From positions 3,387-67,386 of the forward strand of contig CANQYT010000003.1 of the NCBI GenBank assembly GCA_947628135.1: a stretch of DNA of 64,000 nt, in the 5' to 3' direction. Position numbers and translations under genes: made by a program. The stretch's first letter is position 1. Each line of letters begins with the position of its first letter. A model generated the notes under the pieces. It was not told the origin of the DNA. It saw only the letters and a program-made list of their open reading frames with translations, and did not search any database. Below are positions 55,111-64,000 of the stretch, piece after piece. Source of the stretch: an uncultured Clostridia bacterium. Lineage in GTDB: Bacteria > Bacillota > Clostridia > Christensenellales > CAG-314.

Positions 55111-55496
55111 TTTTCGCTCCTGACGTATGCGGCGAGTATACCGTTGACGTAGCCGACGCTCTTTTCGGTGGAATACTTTTTGACGATAGTGACCGCTTCG
55201 TTTATCACCACGGGCTGCGGAGTATCGCTGAATTGCAACTCCCACAACGCCATTTCCAACGCCGCAAGGTCGGGTCTGTAAATACGCGAAAGTTTGAAAT
55301 CTTTGGAAAAACGGCTTACGGCGGCGTCCAATTCGGACTTTCTTTCCGCAACTCCGCGCACGAGTTTATCCACAAACGACTTGTCCTCGTCGGTAAGTTT
55401 GTCCGTTTCGAATTGGGAAAAATCGTCATCGATATTGCCGCTGACGATAAAGGCATATATTTTGCAAAAGGCAACTTCTCTTGCGTAACTTCTCAT
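55107..55496 (-). CDS. nusB: transcription antitermination factor NusB
   Basis: The start at 55496 gives MRSYAREVAFCKIY..., the usual NusB N-terminus. The ORF opens 16 codons earlier. Confidence 0.88.
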   Translation of the reverse strand: MRSYAREVAFCKIYAFIVSGNIDDDFSQFETDKLTDEDKSFVDKLVRGVAERKSELDAAVSRFSKDFKLSRIYRPDLAALEMALWELQFSDTPQPVVINEAVTIVKKYSTEKSVGYVNGILAAYVRSEK

Positions 55497-55556
55497 AACT
55501 GTGCACCTGTCGCAAACAAACGCGGAAAACCCTTTGAAAAACAAAGGGTCAGCGCG

Positions 55557-55886
55557 CTAATTTTCTTCGAATTCCACTTCGATCACGTGGACGTTGACGT
55601 CTTTGACTTTGAACTCCGTCATACTTTCCACGGTATTCTTGACAGTGCTTTGTATCGTGCTTGCGACGTCGCTCACTTCCACGTTGTAAGCCAACTTTAC
55701 GTATACGTCCACATACACTTCGTCGTCTACGTATTCCGTTTTGATGGACTCGCGCGACTGCTTGGAATTGGCGGGATATCTCACCACGCCCTCCACTTCG
55801 CTCAACGCGCAGTCCACAATGTCGCGCAGAATTTCACTGCTGTACACAAGCCTTCCCGTTTCATCGAATCTGTTTACTACCTTCAT
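55557..55886 (-). CDS. Asp23/Gls24-family protein
   Basis: The start at 55886 gives MKVVNRFDETGRLVYSSEILRDIVDCALSEVEGVV, an Asp23 signature. Confidence 0.85.
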   Translation of the reverse strand: MKVVNRFDETGRLVYSSEILRDIVDCALSEVEGVVRYPANSKQSRESIKTEYVDDEVYVDVYVKLAYNVEVSDVASTIQSTVKNTVESMTEFKVKDVNVHVIEVEFEEN

Positions 55887-55915
55887 AGGGTCGCTCCTGA
55901 CGTATCTTTTGTATG

Positions 55916-55944
55916 ATTGTACCACATTTTTCGGAAAATTACAA
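55916..55944 (-). promoter_or_regulatory. sigma-A promoter of the asp23-nusB-folD-xseAB-ispA cluster
   Basis: The minus strand reads TTGTAA, 17-nt spacer, TGgTACAAT. Confidence 0.55.
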
Positions 55945-55946
55945 GA

Positions 55947-56423
55947 CTATACGGATACTATTCTTACGTAATCGGGCTCTATCGACGCTTCGGTGGCGAC
56001 AATGTTGTAGATACGGACGGTATCTTCGTGCGTAAGTTCGTCTTTATCCACTATTACGCTGACGTTGTCCAGCCCGGCGTTGACGGTAACAAGCACTTCG
56101 TCGAAGCCCTGCGCTTTGAGCAAGGTTTCCAACAGCAATTCCGTTTCCATAGCGTTGACTATCTGCTGTTTCTGAATAAGCGCGTTCTGTCTGGCTTCGG
56201 CGTATTCGTCGCCCTCCATTTCGAGTATAGCGTTCAACTCGGCAATTTCGTAGTCGCGCGTAGTCTGTCTGTCCAGACGGGACGTTGCGAAAAAACTCGT
56301 TTGCACGCTCTCGCCCTCTTGATCACCCTGCTTGTTGGTAAGCAGCGTAACGTTGAGCACGGCAGCAACCACCAACACCGCCACCATCGAGACGATAAGA
56401 GCAATTTTCTTTCCTTTTGACAT
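55947..56423 (-). CDS. spoIIIAH: stage III sporulation protein AH
   Basis: 158 aa with an N-terminal TM helix and a YscJ/FliF-like C-domain. It is the last gene of the spoIIIA operon. Confidence 0.85.
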   Translation of the reverse strand: MSKGKKIALIVSMVAVLVVAAVLNVTLLTNKQGDQEGESVQTSFFATSRLDRQTTRDYEIAELNAILEMEGDEYAEARQNALIQKQQIVNAMETELLLETLLKAQGFDEVLVTVNAGLDNVSVIVDKDELTHEDTVRIYNIVATEASIEPDYVRIVSV

Positions 56424-56435
56424 TCTTAGTCCTCC

Positions 56436-56927
56436 CTAACTTTTATATGTTAACACCTGAACGTCTTTTTCGGGGACGTCGAGCAGTGTCACAACCACCT
56501 TTACTATCCGAAACCTGACGATGGGGTCGTCTGCGCCTTCCGCAACCACCACAACGCCGAGAATCTTCGGCGGAAGCGTCGTTGACACAAGCGGTTCGCC
56601 CTTGACAGAGACAAGACTTTGCGTTTGTTTGGTTACGCCGCCGGAAGTAGTCGTTTCCGTTTCGTAGGCGTACACCTTTTCCTCGTCGCTTGCATAAGAT
56701 ACTGCAACCGAAACTTTGCCGCAACCCTCTATCTTTTCTACTACGCTACAAATCTTATGCTCCATAGCGTCGATATATGAGTCGTCCGCAACGGAATTTT
56801 CCGTTTTTTCACGGGCGTTGCCCGCAAACACGGCGACAAGCACTATCACAGCCAGCACAAGCGCCGCGTAAAGTTCTATGTTTTTTACCGATTTTATTTT
56901 TTCAAAAAATTTCCTTACGCCTTTCAT
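56436..56927 (-). CDS. spoIIIAG: stage III sporulation protein AG
   Basis: 163 aa with an N-terminal TM helix and a conserved C-terminal GVVVVAEGADDP region. Confidence 0.85.
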   Translation of the reverse strand: MKGVRKFFEKIKSVKNIELYAALVLAVIVLVAVFAGNAREKTENSVADDSYIDAMEHKICSVVEKIEGCGKVSVAVSYASDEEKVYAYETETTTSGGVTKQTQSLVSVKGEPLVSTTLPPKILGVVVVAEGADDPIVRFRIVKVVVTLLDVPEKDVQVLTYKS

Positions 56928-56966
56928 TTTTCACTCCCGCCGCAACCTACTGAATTTATCGCGTAT

Positions 56967-57392
56967 TTACACCCACACGGTATTTATCGGACTATTCGGA
57001 AAAAATACTCCCGCTATCGCCGCTATGCGCGCTTCCGTTTCCGCAGAGGGCACGCCCTCCGCCCGTACTGTCACCTCGCCGTCGGATACGGTCACGTCCC
57101 GCACGCATATGCCGTTTGCCCTGAGAGACAGCGCCGCTTTATCGGCAATTTCCGCCTGCGCCCTGTTCTCCGCATTGTCCAGATACTGCTGTTGCAGTGC
57201 GGGCGTTGTAAAAGAATCCGAAATTGTTATATCTCCGCCTAAAAATCCGAACAAGGGTTGGACTATCGCAAACGTTATCACGACGCCCATCACCGTTTTT
57301 ACGTATTTTCGCGTTTGTCCTTGCGGCAAAACAATGTCGCACAGCACGGATAAAACGGCTATCCCCGCCACGGTCAAAACCCATTGTCCCAT
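56967..57392 (-). CDS. spoIIIAF: stage III sporulation protein AF
   Basis: The ATG at 57392 follows GGAG and sits 1 nt after the spoIIIAE stop. Two N-terminal TM helices are present (...DIVLPQGQTRKYVK...). Confidence 0.82.
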   Translation of the reverse strand: MGQWVLTVAGIAVLSVLCDIVLPQGQTRKYVKTVMGVVITFAIVQPLFGFLGGDITISDSFTTPALQQQYLDNAENRAQAEIADKAALSLRANGICVRDVTVSDGEVTVRAEGVPSAETEARIAAIAGVFFPNSPINTVWV

Positions 57393-57393
57393 A

Positions 57394-58527
57394 TTACGCT
57401 CCGTTTGTGGTACATATTGCAATCAGTATCAATATGCAAAACATAAAAGCGACCGCAATCGTCAGCACTGACAAAAAGGTCAACGTTTTGCTTATACCGC
57501 TGAGCAGACTCACGAACTTACTTTCCGCGATAGGCTCGCATATCGCCGCAACTGCTTGCAAGCCGATATTGAGGCACAACGTACCGACGAGAGGTTTCAT
57601 AACGGCGAACAGAAGCACGAGCAGTACTACTACGCCGAACGCGTTTTTTATCAGCGAAGTGCTTGCCGCAACCATATCGAAACCGTCCGCGAGGTAACCG
57701 CCGAGTATGGGAATGTAACTTTTCGTAGCGAATTTTGCCGCGCGGTAAGATACGCCGTCAATAGAAGCGGCGGAAATTCCCTGCACCGTCGTCACCGCCG
57801 AAAAAAGCATAAACAGCACGCCCAACACCCAACCCGACGCATTTGTGAAAAACGACGACGCTTTACCAACCCGAACGTTGGACGAGATGTTACCCACCGC
57901 CGAGAAAACCAGCGCAAAGACGGACAGCGGCAGAACCACCGACCTGATGAGTTCGATGACCGCTGTCGAGAACATCACCATAGAGGGCTGACAGACCGAC
58001 GCGGTAACGTTGCCGCCGTTTGCGATCATAAGCGTAAGCAATATGGGCGCGGCGACTTCCGAAAGGGTGGCAACCTGATTCAGCATCGAATAAATTTGTA
58101 TATAAACGTTCGTCAGCATAGCCAAAACCGAAGCAAGAATGACGGTTACGCCCACGAAAGACAAGACGCTCTGCGTACTGTCGGAGATGAAACCGCCCTC
58201 CGTTTTGCGGATAAGCCCCAACACGACCATTACCGCAAATATGGAGACGAGTTCCGGCAAAAGCGTTTTTATTCCCTCCCCGAACAACGAAGCAAGTACG
58301 TTCCAAAAACTTGCCGCGCTGTCGAATTCGCCGTTGATTATGCTTTTCACCTTGTCCGCAACGCTGCCGAAAAATCCCGACGCAACGCCGTCCACCGCCG
58401 AGAAATCTATGTTTCCGAGCCCTTCGTTTACGTTTTCGTTGAGGTCGTCTACCACGTCTGCGTGCGCGTAAACGGGGCAAAATACTATCGCAACGAGAAA
58501 CACTATGCACAAGATACGTTTTTTCAC
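57394..58527 (-). CDS. spoIIIAE: stage III sporulation protein AE
   Basis: 377 aa with a signal peptide and a polytopic membrane domain. Confidence 0.9.
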   Translation of the reverse strand: MKKRILCIVFLVAIVFCPVYAHADVVDDLNENVNEGLGNIDFSAVDGVASGFFGSVADKVKSIINGEFDSAASFWNVLASLFGEGIKTLLPELVSIFAVMVVLGLIRKTEGGFISDSTQSVLSFVGVTVILASVLAMLTNVYIQIYSMLNQVATLSEVAAPILLTLMIANGGNVTASVCQPSMVMFSTAVIELIRSVVLPLSVFALVFSAVGNISSNVRVGKASSFFTNASGWVLGVLFMLFSAVTTVQGISAASIDGVSYRAAKFATKSYIPILGGYLADGFDMVAASTSLIKNAFGVVVLLVLLFAVMKPLVGTLCLNIGLQAVAAICEPIAESKFVSLLSGISKTLTFLSVLTIAVAFMFCILILIAICTTNGA

Positions 58528-58910
58528 ACAACCAGCCCCACGATCGTTTCAAACAACTTTTCCACTATCGGCAACGCGCAAAACAATATCGCCACCTTTG
58601 CCGCAAGCAAAACCTTGTCGCCCACGCTCTTGCAATTTGCGTCAACGCAGATATTGTTGCTGAATTCGGCAAGATATCCAATCCCGACCACCTTTATGAC
58701 ACAGCCTATCGCTTCGCCGTCCACGTTGGCACGGTCGGCAAAATTGTACAGAGTGTATACAACGTCGTACAGCGCGTCGCATATCATAAGAAGCAACACC
58801 ACCGACGCGCCAACTGTAAGCGGAACGGCAAACTCCGATTTAAGCTGCCGCACCAAAACTATCCCCACTGCGCACAGCAACGCCAGCAAAGCGATCTTCA
58901 AAAAATCCAT
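58524..58910 (-). CDS. spoIIIAD: stage III sporulation protein AD
   Basis: 128 aa, 4 TM helices, operon position. Confidence 0.88.
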   Translation of the reverse strand: MDFLKIALLALLCAVGIVLVRQLKSEFAVPLTVGASVVLLLMICDALYDVVYTLYNFADRANVDGEAIGCVIKVVGIGYLAEFSNNICVDANCKSVGDKVLLAAKVAILFCALPIVEKLFETIVGLVV

Positions 58911-58911
58911 A

Positions 58912-59106
58912 CTACAAATCGAAAAGCGCGCGCAACGTGTCGTAGAGTTGCACGATCACGTCCAACATCATCACGAGCGCAACGACCAATCCCACTACGG
59001 AAACCACCGTCGCGATCTCCTCTCGCCCCGATCGTTTCAGCAACATCGTTGCTATGGCGGTTATGATGCCGACGGCGGCAATTTTCAATATGATAGCAAT
59101 GTCCAT
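58912..59106 (-). CDS. spoIIIAC: stage III sporulation protein AC
   Basis: 64 aa, 2 TM helices, with KIAAVGIITAI...LLKRSGREE. Confidence 0.88.
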   Translation of the reverse strand: MDIAIILKIAAVGIITAIATMLLKRSGREEIATVVSVVGLVVALVMMLDVIVQLYDTLRALFDL

Positions 59107-59115
59107 TTTCTACCT

Positions 59116-59562
59116 TCAAATAAGCACTATTCCCGACATCGCGCCGAGCAACGCTCCCAATTTGGGAAAGATTGCCGCCTTGCCTGCCTCGGCGGTATAT
59201 TTCGCCGAAAGTTCTCCGAAACGCTGCGAATAAATGTCCATCTGTTTGAGCAGTTCCGCCGATGAAACGGCTTTGAGACAGTTGAAGAAATCTTCCAGCA
59301 GGTGTTTTTCCGCAGCATTCAGCGCGCAAACAGGTTTACCGCCGTTCAGATACGCTCCGAATTCCTTTCCGCAGTTTTCGGCAAATTGAGAGTTGAACAA
59401 ATCCGCTTCCAACTGCCGTCCTTGCACGTTCACCCGAAAAAGCGCCGCATATCTGTTGAGATCGTCGAAGAACCTTGCCTTGCCGCGAATCCGCCTTTCA
59501 AAGTACTTTCCTATGGCAAATCCGCACGCAGAACACGCCAAAATTACTATTATGTCTGTCAT
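59116..59562 (-). CDS. spoIIIAB: stage III sporulation protein AB
   Basis: 148 aa with an N-terminal TM helix, a GspF-like soluble domain and a C-terminal TM helix. Confidence 0.85.
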   Translation of the reverse strand: MTDIIVILACSACGFAIGKYFERRIRGKARFFDDLNRYAALFRVNVQGRQLEADLFNSQFAENCGKEFGAYLNGGKPVCALNAAEKHLLEDFFNCLKAVSSAELLKQMDIYSQRFGELSAKYTAEAGKAAIFPKLGALLGAMSGIVLI

Positions 59563-59574
59563 ATTAGTCTATAT

Positions 59575-60417
59575 TCAGCCGTTTTTCGCTATGGTTGAGC
59601 CGCAAAGCGGAACTATGCGATACGGTCTGCCGACGCGTTCGAGAACAACCGCGTTTGCAAAAACACCTTTCAAATCGAACTTTCCGTAAAAGTCCTCAAC
59701 GCTTCGCCCGTGCGAACTGCAAGCAACGCTTACTCCGCTGTTTGCCGCTTTACGCAACGCGGCAACATCCTCCGCTGCAATTTCATCGCATACTATCCAT
59801 TGCGGAGACATAGCGCGAACACCCGTTTCGAAGGCATAGTCTTTCGACGACCATTTAAGTACGTCGCAATCGACGCACTCCGCAACTTCGTCGTAAAACA
59901 ATTCGCCCCTTTCGTCCACTGCAAGAACGTTGTACTTTTGGGAAAGTTTCACCGCAATATCTCGCAACATTGTCGTTTTACCGCTGCAAGGCGGTCCTAT
60001 CACCACCACGTTTCCCGAAGAGCAACAGTCGAGTATTCGTTTGTCCGCCGTAGAAACGTAATGAGGGATACGGAAACAAAGCGATGAGTAACTGCGAAAA
60101 ACAGGTTCGCTTGCTCCCGCAAGTTCGCCGCAAACGCCCACACGGACGCCGTCTTCCAATGTGAAGAATCCGCGAGCCAACATTTTTTCGTAGGCGTATA
60201 CGGAATTGTTGCACGCACGTCGCACGATCTCGTCGCAAGCGTATCCCGAAACAATGCCTCCCCGACCGTTTGTCAAGCCTTTTTCACCCAATACGTACCA
60301 ACTGCCGCCCACGTTTATGCGTATCGGCTTGCCGTTGCGTATGCGTATTTCTCTGACGTCGGCAACGTTGTGCAGTCTCTGCCCCACTTCGTCAGGGAGA
60401 CACGCCCAAATCTTCAT
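59575..60417 (-). CDS. spoIIIAA: stage III sporulation protein AA (secretion-type ATPase)
   Basis: Walker A GPPCSGKTT and Walker B-like IVCDEI are present. The ATG at 60417 (MKIWACLPDEV) is preferred over the ORF opening at 60492. Confidence 0.88.
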   Translation of the reverse strand: MKIWACLPDEVGQRLHNVADVREIRIRNGKPIRINVGGSWYVLGEKGLTNGRGGIVSGYACDEIVRRACNNSVYAYEKMLARGFFTLEDGVRVGVCGELAGASEPVFRSYSSLCFRIPHYVSTADKRILDCCSSGNVVVIGPPCSGKTTMLRDIAVKLSQKYNVLAVDERGELFYDEVAECVDCDVLKWSSKDYAFETGVRAMSPQWIVCDEIAAEDVAALRKAANSGVSVACSSHGRSVEDFYGKFDLKGVFANAVVLERVGRPYRIVPLCGSTIAKNG

Positions 60418-61480
60418 ACAATAAAATATTGGACAAGCATTTGTTTTATGCCTGATATCGGCGATAATAAAACGCGTTGCGAACGTTGCCAATTTCCTGC
60501 ATAAAGGACTAAGAAATCACCGCCGGATAAAACACGAAAATTTTTACAGCAAAATTAACCGTCGAATTATCCGACGGCTCTGCAAGTAATTACAACTGTT
60601 TCTCCTTGACTCCGAAAATTACACGTTTCAAAAATGTGCTTTCCTTTAACAACACAGAATTTTTCTATGAAAAGATTTATTTTCCACTCAATTTTTTGCG
60701 TGTTTCTCCCCTTTCGCTCACACGCTTATATTCTTTTATGCAAGTTGGCGGCGAAATAATTTCGCTTGTTTTACTTTAACATTTCGACACAAAACACGTC
60801 GCAATATTCGCTGTCAGTGCCACCGCTTTTTATGCAATTACTCCAATCAAATGCACTTTCGCTATCTCATCTATTGTCAAACCCGGTGGACTTTTACACG
60901 TACAATAAATACCCGCCGACAAAGTTGTCTCTATTAAAAAATGTATACGTTAAAAATGAGGTAAGATATGTTTAATTACAAGTTAAAAACCCTTGATTAA
61001 ATCAAACGCAGAATTTTCAGCAAATATAAATCGATGTTTGCGCGTATACACACGCTTGCAACTCGATAAAACCGCAGATATACTGACTTTTATTGTTGAC
61101 ATTGGCAACAAAGAAAATTATCAACAAGAATGTATTAAGAAAATTGAATGGTGATCTTCTTTTTTATAAAATGATTGTCTTTGTTTTTCCATAAAATAAT
61201 CTTCGTTGCTTTTGCATAGTATAAGTTTCCTTTTTTTGATATTTCCTAAAAATAAACTTTTTGCTTTCTTATAAAAAATTTTATAATAAAAATTTTCTCT
61301 CGTTCTTAGGGGCAAAGCAAGGACTGAGTACGTTTCTACATACTATATTCCTGTATTGTTCAATTGACTATAACGCTCGCAATGTTGCGGCGACGTTTTT
61401 TCAAAAAAAGCCGACCGCTTCGGAAACCTCCAAAGGGATCGGGCAAGCCGTCGCATATTACGAAAATCGGAGTACTCAGT

Positions 61481-62608
61481 TCAACCTTTCAACAATCTGT
61501 ACAGCGTTTGCTCGAAACGATACTTTTCAATTAGTTCCTTTATGCGAGGAGCGTTGCGGTCGGAGGGTTTACCCGTCTTTACGCAACGCAGCATAACGTT
61601 TTTGGGCGTGTGAGCCAAATCGACAAATTCCAAAACGTCCACTTTGTAGCCCGCATCCTCCAACAGCATAGCGCGTATCGTATCGGTAAGCAACGCGGAA
61701 ACACGCTCCTTTACGATGCCGTATTTGAGCAAAACGTCCAAATCGCCACCTCCCGCTGAAATGCCGCCGTTTACTTCGTGCTGACAGCAGGGAACGGAAA
61801 AAACGTACGGAACGTTGTGTTTTACCGCAAACGCCAGCGCGTGGTCCGTTGCGGTGTCGCAAGCGTGCAAAGACAGCACCGCGTCTATATGCTCCTCGTA
61901 CAGTTTGTCGCGGGAAACGTCCGCGACGGCGAAATGCAGATTTGCATATCCGTACTTTGCCGCAAGCGCGTTGCAGTCCTCTACCACGTCGGCTTTGAGA
62001 TCGTAACCGATGACTTTTGCGTCTATTTTACGAACGTTGGTGAGATAATGGTAAACGATAAACGTAAGATAAGATTTGCCGCAACCGAAATCCAGCAAAG
62101 TGAGGCTTCCGACGTGATTTTTAAGTACGTCGTCCAGTTCGGTAAAACGATTGATTTGACGGAATTTATCGTACATACCCGCAACGACTTTGCCCTCTTT
62201 GGTGAAGATACCGAGGTCTACCATTGCAGGTACGTCGTCTCCCTCGTTGAGTATGTATTTCTTTACGCGGTTGTGCTGTTCGGGACGGACGTTTTTCGCC
62301 GCGGTTGCACGCACAATACGAGTGGTTACGCCCTTTTTCGAAGTGAGATACGTGACGTCACACGTCGGCTGAGACACGCATATTTGTTTGTAATTCCCTT
62401 CCAAACGCGAAGCCCAACTTGCCGCGTCCGTCAATTGTACGTTGCTGTGAAAAACCTGCGTTGACGTGTACATTTCCGCCTGAAAAACCGTTTTGCCGCG
62501 AACGACAGTTTTGCGCAGAACTATTCGATTGTACGGACTGTCCTTCGAAAGCGGTCCGCTTGCGGTAACTTTCAAAACGCCGTCCGGCTGTTGCAATTCC
62601 TTTATCAT
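61481..62608 (-). CDS. class I SAM-dependent methyltransferase
   Basis: 375 aa with motif I LLDFGCGKSYL and an acidic post-I residue in VIGYDL. The N-terminal ~150 aa are uncharacterised. Confidence 0.8.
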   Translation of the reverse strand: MIKELQQPDGVLKVTASGPLSKDSPYNRIVLRKTVVRGKTVFQAEMYTSTQVFHSNVQLTDAASWASRLEGNYKQICVSQPTCDVTYLTSKKGVTTRIVRATAAKNVRPEQHNRVKKYILNEGDDVPAMVDLGIFTKEGKVVAGMYDKFRQINRFTELDDVLKNHVGSLTLLDFGCGKSYLTFIVYHYLTNVRKIDAKVIGYDLKADVVEDCNALAAKYGYANLHFAVADVSRDKLYEEHIDAVLSLHACDTATDHALAFAVKHNVPYVFSVPCCQHEVNGGISAGGGDLDVLLKYGIVKERVSALLTDTIRAMLLEDAGYKVDVLEFVDLAHTPKNVMLRCVKTGKPSDRNAPRIKELIEKYRFEQTLYRLLKG

Positions 62609-62645
62609 AATTCCGACTGAAATTTTCCGCCGAAAAGCGGTCTGT

Positions 62646-63353
62646 TTACACTATTTTGTCCGACTTGCCCCGCAACGCTTTGCGTATCCCCGTGCGGTTT
62701 TCCGTACCCTTGAAAATACGTATGATGTTGTGTCTGTGAGCGAAGATTACCAACGAGAACATCAACGTGGTCATCAGACAGCAAAACGCGTCCACGTTTA
62801 CATACATCACTTTCCACGGATATTCGTACCGCCAAGCGACCCAACACCAGACTATCTCGAATGCGGACAAAAACAGACTGACAATTGACGTCCGGTCGCA
62901 TATCAGCAGAATTATCACGCAGGGAAGAATCAGACACACCGAAAGCATAGGCTGCAACGTGAAACTTACGCCTATCGCCGTGGCAACGCCCTTGCCGCCC
63001 TTGAAATGGTAAAACACGGGGAATATGTGCCCGACGACGGCAAACAGCCCCGCCAAATACCCTGCCTGAATGGCGACGTCCGTTCCGCACACGTTGAAAA
63101 ACGCGTATCTTGCCAGCACGCAGGGAATTACGCCTTTCAAAACGTCGCACACAAAGGTGATCGCGCCCATACGCAGCCCGTACACGCGAAACATATTAGC
63201 CGCGCCCGCATTGCCGCTACCATAATCGCGCACGTCGCTTTTTTTGAATATTTTGCTGAACAGTACGGCAAAGTTTACGTTTGCAAAAGCGTAACTACCT
63301 ACCGCAAGCAGTAAAAACTGCCACCAATACCGAGTGAAAATTTCAAACATCAT
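62646..63353 (-). CDS. plsY: glycerol-3-phosphate acyltransferase PlsY
   Basis: 235 aa with GSGNAGAAN and HIFPVFYHFKGGKGVAT motifs. The start overlaps the der stop by 4 nt. Confidence 0.93.
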   Translation of the reverse strand: MMFEIFTRYWWQFLLLAVGSYAFANVNFAVLFSKIFKKSDVRDYGSGNAGAANMFRVYGLRMGAITFVCDVLKGVIPCVLARYAFFNVCGTDVAIQAGYLAGLFAVVGHIFPVFYHFKGGKGVATAIGVSFTLQPMLSVCLILPCVIILLICDRTSIVSLFLSAFEIVWCWVAWRYEYPWKVMYVNVDAFCCLMTTLMFSLVIFAHRHNIIRIFKGTENRTGIRKALRGKSDKIV

Positions 63354-64000
63354 TCATCCTTTTCGCTTCCGTCGCGAAACACAAGTTTTATCGGAGTGCC
63401 GTCCAGAGAGAAAGCCTTGCGCAAATAGTTTTCGAGATACCTGCGGTAGGAAAAATGCACCAGATCGGCGTTGTTTGTGAAAAACACAAACGTGGGAGGT
63501 TTTGTTGAAGCCTGCGTGGCGTACTTGATTTTCGCGCGCCTGCCGTTGCGTGAAGGGGGTTCTACCGCGCGTATCGCGTCCGTCACTGCGTCGTTGAGTA
63601 CGCCCGTACTGCAACGGAAAGTAGACTTTGCATAAACGTAATCCACCTCGTCCATAAGTTTACCTACGCGCTGTCCCGTCAGCGCCGAAACGGTGACGTA
63701 ACGGAAATAGTCCATAAACGCCAGATCGCAGGAAAGTTTCTTTTTGAAAAGTTCCACCGTGTGTTCGTCCTTTTCTATCAGATCCCACTTGTTTATCACC
63801 ACGACGGAGGGCTTGCCCTCTTCGTGAATGAACCCCGCTATCTTTACGTCCTGTTCGGAAAGTCCCTCGTTTGCGTCCATAACTATCAGACAAACGTCGG
63901 CGCGACGAACGGCGTTAAGGGCGCGAAAAACACTGTACTGCTCTACGCTGTCCGCCTCTATCGAACGCTTTTTGCGCATTCCCGCGGTGTCTATTACCAC
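63350..64000 (-). CDS. der: ribosome-associated GTPase Der/EngA (C-terminal part; the N-terminus lies beyond the window)
   Basis: Second GTPase domain with DTAGMRKK and NKWDL, followed by a KH-like C-terminal domain. The gene is truncated by the window edge. Confidence 0.92.
   Translation of the reverse strand: MVIDTAGMRKKRSIEADSVEQYSVFRALNAVRRADVCLIVMDANEGLSEQDVKIAGFIHEEGKPSVVVINKWDLIEKDEHTVELFKKKLSCDLAFMDYFRYVTVSALTGQRVGKLMDEVDYVYAKSTFRCSTGVLNDAVTDAIRAVEPPSRNGRRAKIKYATQASTKPPTFVFFTNNADLVHFSYRRYLENYLRKAFSLDGTPIKLVFRDGSEKDE

Overview
This is a 64-kb chromosomal segment from an endospore-forming Firmicute with Clostridia-like gene order. Coding DNA is roughly half GC by eye, and intergenic DNA is strongly AT-rich. 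About 55 protein genes are supported. A plus-strand block carries miaB-mutS-mutL-miaA and a YnbB-like PLP enzyme, followed by an XRE regulator. Next comes an xer-like tyrosine recombinase-hflX-lexA block. A long, mostly minus-strand run follows: thiI-nifS, mutS2, a U32 peptidase, pheST with a Phe T-box leader, two tandem YccF-domain paralogs, yunB, spoVAC/AD/AE, glgC-glgD-glgA, scpA-scpB, an M50 protease, a PBP5-type carboxypeptidase, deoB, spoIVB, recN, argR, dxs, ispA-xseB-xseA-folD-nusB-asp23, spoIIIAA-AH, a methyltransferase, plsY and der. No rRNA, tRNA or CRISPR array was seen. Six things stand out. (1) A ~620-nt structured, ORF-free RNA lies between ispA and a 4-TM protein upstream of dxs; I call these OLE RNA and oapA. 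(2) A 2.9-kb ORF-free AT-rich mosaic (8.9-11.9 kb) is built from diverged repeat modules. It includes an inverted-repeat-flanked 520-bp unique core. (3) Diverged ~215-bp inverted repeats bracket the recombinase-hflX-lexA block and continue as tandem units at 15.1-15.5 kb. (4) A G10 tract forms a 20-nt spacer between perfect -35 and -10 hexamers of a lipoprotein gene, a candidate phase-variable promoter. (5) A 21-bp palindrome, ATACTAT-N7-ATAGTAT, recurs in several leaders. (6) An IS3-family relic lies between the carboxypeptidase gene and deoB. All calls come from reading the sequence and the ORF track; no searches were run.
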